64,000 nt of DNA from an uncultured Verrucomicrobia subdivision 3 bacterium (GTDB lineage: Bacteria; Verrucomicrobiota; Verrucomicrobiia; Limisphaerales; UBA11358): positions 984-64,983 of the forward strand of contig CAJAQO010000215.1 in NCBI GenBank assembly GCA_903944085.1. The letters run 5' to 3'. The translations under genes and the position numbers were made by a program. Of this stretch, positions 1 to 7,994 are shown one piece after another. Below the pieces are notes generated by a model, which did not search any database, had not been told where the DNA came from, and saw nothing but the letters and a program-made list of their open reading frames with translations. Position 1 is the first letter of the stretch. Each line of letters begins with the position of its first letter.

Positions 1-764
1 GCAATCCGCAGCGGCATTTGCACCAGACACCGCAGCCATTGATCCGCGTCCGCCTCATCGGATTCCAAGACCGCATAGCGCCACGCCGTCACCGCCTCTT
101 CCGACCGCCGGGACAAATTCCCGTCACAGCGCGGATTCGGGAAAAATCCGCCGCTGACGGGTTGCGGCAAAAACCAGACACCATCATTGCCCGCCGGCAA
201 ATGACGGTTTTGGATAAAATCACTGCGGTCGGCTTCCCAAAGCAATTGGCCCTGGGACTTCATTTCCGTGAAAATCAAAATCTTTTCGCCCGCCCCGCGA
301 GCGTAGAGATGCCGCAACACACTGGCGGAATCCTGCCGGTCCACCGCGACCGGCGACCGCTCCGCCAAGCAGCGCGCCACGTCCGCGACGCTGGCCAACT
401 GCCCGGCGATCCGCGCCAGCACGGATTTTTTGAATTTTGGTTTCGGCGGCGGTGGCGGGATGGATTTTGCCGCGACCCTCCCCCCCCGTTTTTCCAGTGT
501 TCCAAGGAGATGCCCTAGCGGCAGCCGGTGAACCGTGTTCGCCGCGGATTTGATTTTGTGGACCAACTCGGCCTCGGTCCACGGCGGCAGGCACCGCCGG
601 TTGAACTCCAGGAGCAGAATCAGGGCATCCGCCTCATCGAGGGCGAAACCGTTGACCAGCACGCAAGCCACATGAAACGTGTCATCATGCCCGCCCTGAC
701 CGCTAACAGCCGGCAGGCATTTGGCAACGTATAAGCGCGCCCGTTCCATTGGGGAAAGTTTCAT
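1..764 (-). CDS. PriCT-like domain replication/primase-associated protein (C-terminus beyond window start)
   Basis: Absent from the ORF track because it runs off the left edge. Manual translation from ATG 764..762 is open down to base 1: MKLSPMERARLYVAKCLPAVSGQGGHDDTFHVACVLVNGFALDEADALILLLEFNRRCLPPWTEAELVHKIKSA..., later GVWFLPQPV...WRYAVLESDEAD. The N-terminal pattern resembles primase C-terminal (PriCT) helical domains of phage/plasmid primases. The acidic ESDEAD motif is compatible with a primase or Toprim-like catalytic core. Confidence 0.55.
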   Translation of the reverse strand, partial: MKLSPMERARLYVAKCLPAVSGQGGHDDTFHVACVLVNGFALDEADALILLLEFNRRCLPPWTEAELVHKIKSAANTVHRLPLGHLLGTLEKRGGRVAAKSIPPPPPKPKFKKSVLARIAGQLASVADVARCLAERSPVAVDRQDSASVLRHLYARGAGEKILIFTEMKSQGQLLWEADRSDFIQNRHLPAGNDGVWFLPQPVSGGFFPNPRCDGNLSRRSEEAVTAWRYAVLESDEADADQWLRCLVQMPLRI

Positions 765-800
765 CCGTAGATCTCCGGCGAAGGTGAGCTTGCGGTGAAC

Positions 801-1034
801 TTATTTCCGCCCGGCAGCTTTGGCGTCGAGTGCGGCTTTGCAAGCGACGGGATCGAAAAAAACTAAACGGCCAATTTTTGCAAACGGCAGCCGTCTGGCT
901 TTTTGTTGGTCCCGAATCCAGCGGAGGCTGGGGCGGCTGGCTTCATCGAAAAGGATTTCGAGCAGCTTTTCTGCATCAACGTAGCGCGTCGGCAGCGGGC
1001 TTTGTTTCTCGGTCTGCGATGTTAATTCACTCAT
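801..1034 (-). CDS. Excisionase/AlpA-like helix-turn-helix DNA-binding protein
   Basis: 77 aa. ...SLRWIRDQQKARRLPFAKIGRLVFFDPVACKAAL resembles Xis/AlpA-type HTH proteins (..w...g.lP..kiGr...f). It lies between the primase-like gene and the island cargo. Confidence 0.6.
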   Translation of the reverse strand: MSELTSQTEKQSPLPTRYVDAEKLLEILFDEASRPSLRWIRDQQKARRLPFAKIGRLVFFDPVACKAALDAKAAGRK

Positions 1035-1136
1035 GGTATCAACTGTGCAGAGTCAACTGGTTTAGTTGCGTTGCCCCGCACGTTGACAACTTTAGGCCGA
1101 CCTAAAAAAACTTCATGGGGTATAACAGACCGCGAT

Positions 1137-2009
1137 TTAGCACACGGACGGAGACTTGGGAGCGATGCTGCGAAACGCCTGCTGGATTCGTTTTTTAATG
1201 TCCCGCCGAATCAAAGCCCTGGCTTTCGACTGGCCTCGATAGACCGAATTTTTCCAGTAGCCGGAAAATTCTTTGTGGTTTTCAAAATCCTTGCCGTATA
1301 AACCTAGAAACATCGGCTCAAATTTTTTCCACCAAACCGCGTAATTTGCCCGCGTCAGCGGGCCGAGGCGCTTAAATTTAGAATCGTCATAAAAATATCG
1401 GCCATCTTCAGGATCGTAAGGGTCAATCCTTTCGTTGCGGCGCAATAAATACTGACGGTGTTCCAACAGGTTCAAAGCAACGCGGACTTCCGCCGTTTTC
1501 CGCGTCCACTGCTTTTTTTTGAAATTAAGCGGGGCATTTTCGCCGAGCCGCAAAAGGGCGATAATTTTTTTGTTCGCCTCTAGCTGGTCATGGTCAACCG
1601 ACAACACACCGGGCCATGTGCCGGTTTTTTCCGCCAGCTTGCGAAATACCGGGAGTGTGTAACCAGGTTGCTGAGCCTTGAAAGGTATTCCATCGCTGAA
1701 AAGGCGGACGCCACGGAGCAGCGCATTAACAAAGGCGATTGCAGCATCTTTATCATCTTTCAATGAAGCAATCTCGTAGAGTCCGCTCAATGTTTCGCGA
1801 GCAATCGCCGCAAGTTCACGCAGGCACAATTCATCTTTACGCAATTCGCCTTTGCTCAAATATCCCGTTACCAATTTTTCAACCGCCTCGTGCGCTGGTT
1901 GCCCGGTGCGAATTGCTGTCGGCAGGCCAATTTTTTGCCAACCCATTTTGCTCAAATCCAAAGGGGCAACCGCTTCTGTGCCTGACGTTGAAGGATTTGA
2001 CGTTTTCAT
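1137..2009 (-). CDS. Hypothetical protein, paralog 1 of island triad
   Basis: 290 aa. Shares LGENAPLN, LGPLTRANYAVWW, LYGKDFENHKEFSGYW and the ARALIRRDIKKRIQQAFRSIAPKS tail with the two upstream genes. Start overlaps the stop of paralog 2 (ATGA). Confidence 0.7.
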   Translation of the reverse strand: MKTSNPSTSGTEAVAPLDLSKMGWQKIGLPTAIRTGQPAHEAVEKLVTGYLSKGELRKDELCLRELAAIARETLSGLYEIASLKDDKDAAIAFVNALLRGVRLFSDGIPFKAQQPGYTLPVFRKLAEKTGTWPGVLSVDHDQLEANKKIIALLRLGENAPLNFKKKQWTRKTAEVRVALNLLEHRQYLLRRNERIDPYDPEDGRYFYDDSKFKRLGPLTRANYAVWWKKFEPMFLGLYGKDFENHKEFSGYWKNSVYRGQSKARALIRRDIKKRIQQAFRSIAPKSPSVC

Positions 2010-2956
2010 TTTGAACCACGCGCCTGTTTTTCACCACGGGAAGATTTGGGAGCGATGCTGCGGAAGGCTTGCTTGATTTGCTTTTTTATGTCCCGACGAA
2101 TCAATGCGCGGGCATTTTGCACCAAGCATTTCTGTCCCGGCTTGCCCGGCACATACTCTTTATAGGCATCACCATTCCAGTAGCCGGAAAAATCTTTGTG
2201 ATTCTCAAAATCTTTCCCGTAAAGTTGGATGAAGATCGGTTCGCCCAGATTCCACCATTCCAAAAAGTTTAGACGTGTCAGCGGTTGAAGCGTCCAAAGT
2301 TTTTTAATTTGTTCATCGCTTAAACCCAATTTGCGAGCATCGCCAAACCCAGGCCAACAAGGCATGATTAACGAACAGACAGGATCGCCGCCCAAAACCT
2401 CCATCTCATCAAGGGCATCGCGGCGGTAAAACTCGACCGCGCCCCAAAGTTTGCAGGCTATGCCGGTTGCGGTGTTTTCTAAAATCGAGAATGATTTGCG
2501 ACCATGCCGGGCAGTATTCAATGGCGCGGTTTCACCTAAATTTAGGGAATCCATCAATTCCTTGTTTGTCTTTTCGACATCCGCGCCCCAGCCAGTCATG
2601 CTGGGCCAATACAATTGATGTTTTGCAATTGGCCGGTAGAGATCGGGTCTGGCCTCACATGCCGCCAGCAAATTTCTCACGGACAGCAAAGCCAAATAAT
2701 AAAGTCTATTGGCAGCATCTTGATTTTCCTTTTCTGAAATTTCAACGCCAAACCACTTGAAGAACCGTTCCATTGACGGAACATAAAATGCCGGGAAGGG
2801 AAACACGTTCAGATGTGGTTGCGAAGAGGATCGCGGGCTAAATCGCAGTCCGCGCACCAGCCAGCCGAGCGCATGGTCTTCGTCAGTCCATTCCTTAATG
2901 TTTTGCGGGAATGTGTGCCAGGGCGCGGTCTTGTTTTTTGACTTTGGCTTTTTCAT
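2006..2956 (-). CDS. Hypothetical protein, paralog 2 of island triad
   Basis: 316 aa. Motifs LGETAPLN, LQPLTRLNFLEWW, LYGKDFENHKDFSGYW, ARALIRRDIKKQIKQAFRSIAPKS. The 5' end overlaps paralog 3 by 62 nt. Confidence 0.7.
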   Translation of the reverse strand: MKKPKSKNKTAPWHTFPQNIKEWTDEDHALGWLVRGLRFSPRSSSQPHLNVFPFPAFYVPSMERFFKWFGVEISEKENQDAANRLYYLALLSVRNLLAACEARPDLYRPIAKHQLYWPSMTGWGADVEKTNKELMDSLNLGETAPLNTARHGRKSFSILENTATGIACKLWGAVEFYRRDALDEMEVLGGDPVCSLIMPCWPGFGDARKLGLSDEQIKKLWTLQPLTRLNFLEWWNLGEPIFIQLYGKDFENHKDFSGYWNGDAYKEYVPGKPGQKCLVQNARALIRRDIKKQIKQAFRSIAPKSSRGEKQARGSK

Positions 2957-3869
2957 CTTGAATCGGAATGGGTTTTCTCACGGCGGACGGTTTGGCCGCA
3001 ATACTGTGGAAACCTTGCCGGAGCTTTTTCTTGATGTCCCGCCGGATCAAAGCGCGGGCGTTTGGCTCATCCTTGTATGCAGCGTTTTTCCAATAATGCG
3101 CAAAAGTTTTCCGGTTTTCAAAATCCTCACCCAAAGTCTTGATAAATAATTTCTCCCCAACTTTCCACCAATCGCGGTGGTTCGCTCTGGTGAGCGGCTG
3201 CAATGCCTGTGCCTCTGGCTGGAGAAAATCAAAGCCGATTCGTGCGGGACGAAGACTGTTTTCGCCCCGGCGGAGAAAATCAATTTGATCCCAAAGCTCC
3301 CAAGCCATCCGTGTTTCAACCGTATCCACCGAGAATGTTTTTCCCGTCGTGTTAATTGAGGATTTTTCCCCAAGCCGGATTTCATCCATCAATTCCTTGT
3401 TCGATTTTGCAACACCGGGATGCTTGCTGATAAAACCGGGCCAAAGAAAATCTTCCATCGCCATTGGCTGAAATTGTTTTGGATTTTTATACGCAGCTTT
3501 GTTCAACGCTGCCACCGCAATTTCCGCAACATAATGAAGCCGCTCCGCCGCTTCAGGATTTTCAGCGGCACAATCCGCCAGACAATCAAAGTAAAGTTCG
3601 GCAAATGGTTTGCTCCAAAAAAAATCTGGAATGTCAGAAAATTTGCAGCCCGGCACCTTTTGCAAAACATCACAAGAGCACCGGATAAATTTCATCACCG
3701 GCTCATCCTGGCGCTCCCACCACGTCCACGCTCGCTCCATGTGCTCGATGCCCTTGCGCTTAAATTCCTCCAATTCTTCGGCGGAAACTTTTTCGCCGGA
3801 ATCGTTGCCGCTAGGTGATGGCTTTTTCATTTTATTTTTTGCCGGCCTCTGGTGCCGGCTGAATGGCAA
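2895..3869 (-). CDS. Hypothetical protein, paralog 3 of island triad (likely start at ATG 3830..3828, MKKPSPSG)
   Basis: 324 aa as tracked. Motifs LGEKSSIN, LQPLTRANHRDWW, LGEDFENRKTFAHYW, ARALIRRDIKKKLRQGFHSIAAK. The internal ATG at 3830 lies 1 nt after the integrase stop and gives an N-terminus (MKKP..) like paralog 2. Confidence 0.7.
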   Translation of the reverse strand: MPFSRHQRPAKNKMKKPSPSGNDSGEKVSAEELEEFKRKGIEHMERAWTWWERQDEPVMKFIRCSCDVLQKVPGCKFSDIPDFFWSKPFAELYFDCLADCAAENPEAAERLHYVAEIAVAALNKAAYKNPKQFQPMAMEDFLWPGFISKHPGVAKSNKELMDEIRLGEKSSINTTGKTFSVDTVETRMAWELWDQIDFLRRGENSLRPARIGFDFLQPEAQALQPLTRANHRDWWKVGEKLFIKTLGEDFENRKTFAHYWKNAAYKDEPNARALIRRDIKKKLRQGFHSIAAKPSAVRKPIPIQDEKAKVKKQDRALAHIPAKH

Positions 3870-5139
3870 ACCACTCCGCCGCCGCCGCCGGCCGCATCCG
3901 CTTCAAATAATTCGTGCGGATGACTTGCGGGCTGTTGCCAGCCTCATCGGCCACGCGCGGCACGTCGCCAGATTCGGCCACGCGGGCCGAAATGTAAGTG
4001 TGCCGCAGCGCATTGTGTTTCCACTCCATCGCCTCGATTTCATTCTCTGCGTCGGCGGTGTCCGTCGCTGTTTTCAAAAGTTGCTTCGTCGTGTTCACCA
4101 AGGAAACGACTTTACCGTTTTTTTTCGCCAGAGGCAGCAAGAACGCTTTCAAGTTGGCTTTCAGCGGCACAATCCGGCGCGTGTCGGTTTTGGCGTTTTC
4201 TGCTTTGACCTCGATAAAACCTTCTTCCAGGTCAATGTCCTGCCAGTCCAGCCGCGCAATCTCGGCGTGGCGCAGGCCGGCGAACCCGCCAATGACGATC
4301 ATGGGCAGAATCCGCTCATCGGCGGCGGCAATCAGCCGTTGCATTTCGTCGGCGGTGTAGGTGGAAATCTGGCCCAGCTTGCGCGCCGTATAGTTTTGGA
4401 CGCCCTCCAGCCAGTGCGTGCCTTTTGCCAAATAGCCGCGCAGAACCAACCAGCGGTTGAAAAAGCCGATGACATCGCGGTGATTCCGGCGAGTGCGTTC
4501 AGCCAATTCCAGCGCAGTCAAATAGTCTGCAATCAATTTCGGCGTGAGCGTGGAGACTTCCTGATTGAAATTTTCCGCGAACCGATCCAGCACATTCGCC
4601 AACTGTTTCAGGCGCAAGTCGGATTTACCATCCGTCTCGGCCTGAGTTTTCATCAGTTCGACGGCAGCAGCCACGGTGATCTTGGGCAGTTCGACGGCGT
4701 GGCGTTTCAACCAGTCGCGGGTGACTCCCAGCGGCGTTTCCCGTCCCCCCAACATTCGGCGGATTTCGCAAATTTCCCCGACCAGTTCGTCTATCTCTTT
4801 TTCTATCTTTGTCTCACCCTCCTTGCCTTTGATAAAGGCGCGGGCACGGATGATGGCGTGAGCATCGGCGGATTTGAGGTTGAGGACTTCGGACTGGCCT
4901 TCCGTGATCTTGTCAACGGCTTCGTCGGCGGCTTTGCGGGCCTTGGCCATTGTGGAGCGCCACACCAATTTGCGCTTACCATTGGCTCGATAATCCAGCA
5001 CAAAACGGGTGACGCCATTCTTGATTGTGGGGCGAATACGGACGGAAATTCCGTTTTTCTTGAACTCTTTGACCGCGCCAGCTTCGGGGATGTTGGCGTT
5101 TTCGGATTCCTTAACGGTGGTAGATGCGTCTGTTTTCAT
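3832..5139 (-). CDS. int: Tyrosine site-specific recombinase (phage-type integrase)
   Basis: 435 aa. C-terminal catalytic region GLRHAEIARLDWQDIDLEEGFIEV...HNALRHTYISARV...GNSPQVIRTNYLK shows the R..H.R..Y pattern. Directly adjacent to the tRNA 3' end. Confidence 0.9.
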   Translation of the reverse strand: MKTDASTTVKESENANIPEAGAVKEFKKNGISVRIRPTIKNGVTRFVLDYRANGKRKLVWRSTMAKARKAADEAVDKITEGQSEVLNLKSADAHAIIRARAFIKGKEGETKIEKEIDELVGEICEIRRMLGGRETPLGVTRDWLKRHAVELPKITVAAAVELMKTQAETDGKSDLRLKQLANVLDRFAENFNQEVSTLTPKLIADYLTALELAERTRRNHRDVIGFFNRWLVLRGYLAKGTHWLEGVQNYTARKLGQISTYTADEMQRLIAAADERILPMIVIGGFAGLRHAEIARLDWQDIDLEEGFIEVKAENAKTDTRRIVPLKANLKAFLLPLAKKNGKVVSLVNTTKQLLKTATDTADAENEIEAMEWKHNALRHTYISARVAESGDVPRVADEAGNSPQVIRTNYLKRMRPAAAAEWFAIQPAPEAGKK

Positions 5140-5199
5140 CTATCCACATGATAGACTATGGATAGATTTTAGTCAATACCTCGTTTTTCCTAATAAAAA

Positions 5200-5277
5200 T
5201 GGTCGGGGCGGTGAGATTCGAACTCACGACCTCTTGTACCCGAAACAAGCGCGCTAGCCAGGCTACGCTACGCCCCG
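5200..5277 (-). tRNA. tRNA-Pro (anticodon CGG), encoded CCA
   Basis: Reverse complement CGGGGCGTAGCGTAGCCTGGCTAGCGCGCTTGTTTCGGGTACAAGAGGTCGTGAGTTCGAATCTCACCGCCCCGACCA. Acceptor stem is CGGGGCG/CGCCCCG. Anticodon stem CTTGT/ACAAG has loop TTCGGGT. T-arm contains GTTCGAATC. Confidence 0.93.
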
Positions 5278-5293
5278 ACACTAAAGAACAAAA

Positions 5294-5321
5294 ATTATGC
5301 CACCAAGAATTGGGAAAGCAA
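5294..5321 (-). promoter_or_regulatory. Putative sigma70-like promoter of tRNA-Pro (TTGCTT-16 nt-CATAAT)
   Basis: Minus strand reads ctaaTTGCTTtcccaattcttggtggCATAATttttgttctttagtgt followed by the tRNA 5' end. Confidence 0.4.
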
Positions 5322-5702
5322 TTAGAATATTATCCCATATTGGATTTGAAAAATGGCGAACGCAATGTGGATTAAGGCTACTGCCTTTAAAATCGGCGCG
5401 TTGTTGAATCAATGATCCCAGTTGCGGATTAATTAGTGTCTGGCCGGAAACGCGTGATTTTTGACGTGAGGCGGGACGCGAATGGTAGCGGCAGGCCGTT
5501 GGGTGGCTGAGATCGCTTGCGGGCGCGTGCAAAACAGGAAAATTCACCGGCGACAACGACACTGCGCCGGTCGGACATGGCGAGTGGTTTGCAGTGGGCG
5601 GCTTCAGGCCGCCAGCGCCAAGATGTCGCGGCGCAATCTTTCCCGCCGAAGTAATTCCCGGCCGATGACATGCAGGTTGTAGCTGATCACCCCGCAACCG
5701 AC

Positions 5703-7073
5703 CTAGCGCAGGTAGCCATCCAAGCCCACGTCCAGGCAGCGGTTCAAGCCGGGATGCTCCAGACTGTTGATGTCGCTTTCCACCGCGCTGTGCTGGTGGC
5801 GCAATGCCCGGAACTGCTTCCCGTTCTCCCGAGCCGTTTCCGCCACGCTCTTTCTGCCGCGTTTGGGCACCACCACCGTCGGCACATACAAACGCAACAA
5901 TTCCCAGTCCGCCGCTCGGGTGAAGCCTTTGTCAAAACTCCGGCTGCCCACGCTCCCCGTCCCGAAGCGGCCCAGCAACCGATCCGCCACCGGAATGCTC
6001 TGCTCCACTTCCGCCGCTTGGAGCAGCACGTCATAATTCTGGATGATTTGGTGTTGATCGGTCGCCACCAGAAAACGGTGGCCCAACGCCACATTCGGCC
6101 GTTGCTTGCCTTTTTGAATCCATTCCGTATGCGGTTCAAACAGGGAGAAGACCTTCTCGTGTGCCGGAATGGTTTCCTCCTTCAGCAACCGCCGTTTGAC
6201 CAGGTCGAGATGCTTGTCGAGCATCCCGTGGAAATAGGCGAGTCGCTCCCAGCGGGTGGCGTCCACGGCCTGGTCGCACAAGCCCAGCAAACTCTCCCGC
6301 ACCTTGGCGGAAAGCTCCCAGCCCATCCCCAGATGCGCGCGCACGGCGGATTTCACCCGGGCTTCCTTGTTCGGCCCGCCGCGATAGACAATCTGACTGG
6401 CGGTGCGTTCGCACGCCTTGAGTTGTCGCCGCCAGGCCTTGAACTTGCGCCAGCCCGGCAGGGCGTGACCGGAATCGCGCAGCCCTTCCACCAGGACCAC
6501 ACACTTGCGGCCTGCGTCCCAGAGCAGGTTCAAGTCGGTGGGGAAATGCACGTCGGTTTCCAACACATAGCTGTCCACTTTCACTTCGAGCGCCGCGACG
6601 GGCGCGCCGCCTTTTTTTACGAACACCTCGCGGCCTGCGGCCGCAATGGCCGCGTTGATCCGTTGCAGCAGTTCGTCATCCAGCAAGGCGACATTGTCCC
6701 GCAGGGTTTGATGGCCGAACCGTTTGTCTTCCTCGCCCCAAGGTGCGGCCGGCACGCCGAGCATCTGGCGCACGCGAGAATCGTAGTCGGCGATGTGTTC
6801 CATCCGATCCCAGTCGGCGTCCAGTCCGAGGCACACGACGCCCAGCACAAGGATTTGCCAGAGATCCATGCCCGTGCGCCCGGTGGCCTTTTTGCCAGCC
6901 AGAATCTTGGCTTCGAGTAAGGCGAAGATCTCCGCCTTGAGTGGGGGGTGCGTCCCAATCCACTGGAGACCCGCGAGCATCGGCGGCAGCGCGTCGCGAC
7001 TCCTCAGCGGCAGACGAATCTTCTCGATGGGCGTGATTTGCAGATCGGGCTGGCTTTGAAAGTTGTGGCGCAT
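5703..7073 (-). CDS. ISNCY-family-like DDE transposase
   Basis: 456 aa. The N-terminus ...ITPIEKIRLPLRSRDALPPMLAGLQWIGTHPPLKAEIFALLEAKILAGKKATGRTGMDLWQILVLGVV matches my recollection of proteins annotated as ISNCY family transposases. IS ends could not be defined. Confidence 0.65.
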   Translation of the reverse strand: MRHNFQSQPDLQITPIEKIRLPLRSRDALPPMLAGLQWIGTHPPLKAEIFALLEAKILAGKKATGRTGMDLWQILVLGVVCLGLDADWDRMEHIADYDSRVRQMLGVPAAPWGEEDKRFGHQTLRDNVALLDDELLQRINAAIAAAGREVFVKKGGAPVAALEVKVDSYVLETDVHFPTDLNLLWDAGRKCVVLVEGLRDSGHALPGWRKFKAWRRQLKACERTASQIVYRGGPNKEARVKSAVRAHLGMGWELSAKVRESLLGLCDQAVDATRWERLAYFHGMLDKHLDLVKRRLLKEETIPAHEKVFSLFEPHTEWIQKGKQRPNVALGHRFLVATDQHQIIQNYDVLLQAAEVEQSIPVADRLLGRFGTGSVGSRSFDKGFTRAADWELLRLYVPTVVVPKRGRKSVAETARENGKQFRALRHQHSAVESDINSLEHPGLNRCLDVGLDGYLR

Positions 7074-7215
7074 AGGGGGAGAACAACCGCGAAGGTTGCA
7101 GGTTCAGACACGGAAACCCTCGCAAACATTCAATGTTCACACCAGCTTTTGCACCCGTCAATCCTCATCCCGCCCAATGTTAACAGCAGTTTCGTAGTTT
7201 ATTTTCAAACACTAG

Positions 7216-7755
7216 TTACGCTGCAAGGGTGGCGGGCATTGTTATGTGTTTGTTTGTTTTTCGCGGGCCGGTTTTCTGCTGTTGATTTGCTTCCCGGCAC
7301 CGGCAGCGCTGGGCAATTTTCTTGATGCGTCGTTGCTCGACGATGCTTGGCCGCTGGCCGTCATGGGCTTGTTGCGGGGTGACGTAGTCGATGCCTGAAT
7401 GGTGATATTCAGAGTCATACCAGGTAAAGTAGCGACTGAAGTATTCCTTGGCCTGGGCGTCATCCCGGAAATGTCCGGAATACGCTGGGACGCGTTTGAC
7501 GGAGCTGAAGGCCGATTCAATGAACGGATTGTCATTGGGGGTGCGGGGGCGGACAAACAACTGCGGCAGGCCGTGAGCTTCACACAGTCGCTGGATGGGC
7601 TCGGCTTGCATCTGGAGGCCGCGATCATTGATGATTTCGGGGCGCTGTTCCTCGGTCAGGCCGCCCTCCAGCACGCGTCGGGATTCCGCAGCGCTCTGCT
7701 GCCAGGCGATGTGCCACTTGACTTTGCGGGACCACTCATCCAGCAGCAGATAGAG
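7216..7755 (-). pseudogene. 5'-truncated IS3-family transposase orfB (rve integrase core only)
   Basis: The reading frame extends upstream of the tracked start to a stop at 7758..7756: LYLLLDEWSRKVKWHIAWQQ...INDRGLQM...TPNDNPFIESAFSSVK...YHHSGIDYVTP. The N-terminal HTH region and orfA are missing. Confidence 0.75.
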
Positions 7756-7797
7756 TTAGCTCCTTTCTGGACTGTCAACGGCGGGAAATTAAAAACC

Positions 7798-7920
7798 TCA
7801 ATAATGGGCGGCGTAGTTTGCTCGATTGACGTCGCTGTCTGCCCACAAATTCAGCGGTTCCAAAGCCCCGGGAAATTTAATGTAATGCGCGCTGCCATCG
7901 GTGATGGCGGAGTTTGAAGA
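7798..7920 (-). pseudogene. C-terminal fragment of a prepilin-type (FTLIELLVV family) gene
   Basis: Manual translation SSNSAITDGSAHYIKFPGALEPLNLWADSDVNRANYAAHY* aligns with the C-terminus of the intact neighbour ([40 protein letters not shown]). It is preceded by an in-frame stop at 7950..7948 and has no N-terminal part. Confidence 0.7.
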
Positions 7921-7994
7921 GAAGGCCACGCAAAAGCGGGAAAGCAATTAGAAAATTCCCCGCGTCGGCGGATTGCGTCATGCACGACCGGAGG

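Larger units (their letters stand above)
1..5199. mobile_element. Right-hand part of an integrative element inserted at the 3' end of tRNA-Pro. It contains an integrase, three paralogous cargo genes, a Xis/AlpA-like HTH gene and a primase-like gene. The left end lies beyond the window
   Basis: The integrase gene starts about 60 nt from the CCA end of tRNA-Pro. All six genes are co-oriented on the minus strand. Segment 1137-3869 is visibly AT-richer than the core genes. Confidence 0.6.

Noticed and set aside
1035-1136. Repeated AGTTGA motifs (aaGTTGtCAAC, caGTTGACtc, caGTTGATAcc on the minus strand) upstream of the Xis-like gene as an operator
   Set aside because: Only 6-7 nt are shared and the spacing is irregular, so chance cannot be excluded in 100 nt. 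It is left unannotated pending comparison with related elements.
3610-5151. 513-aa plus-strand ORF overlapping the integrase
   Set aside because: It is an antisense shadow ORF with no family resemblance, whereas the minus-strand integrase has the catalytic R..H.R..Y pattern. The same reasoning applies to 5670-6920 (+) opposite the transposase, 32995-34155 (+) opposite ftsA, 45391-46920 (+) opposite ftsI/ftsL/rsmH, 16727-17773 (+) opposite the amidase, and many shorter tracked ORFs.
5520-7170. Terminal inverted repeats of the ISNCY-like element
   Set aside because: Only weak candidates were found: GTGCAAAA-containing segments near 5527-5545 and 7150-7175 in inverted orientation, and a direct TGCAGGTT at both flanks. 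They are too degenerate to call without other copies of the IS for comparison.
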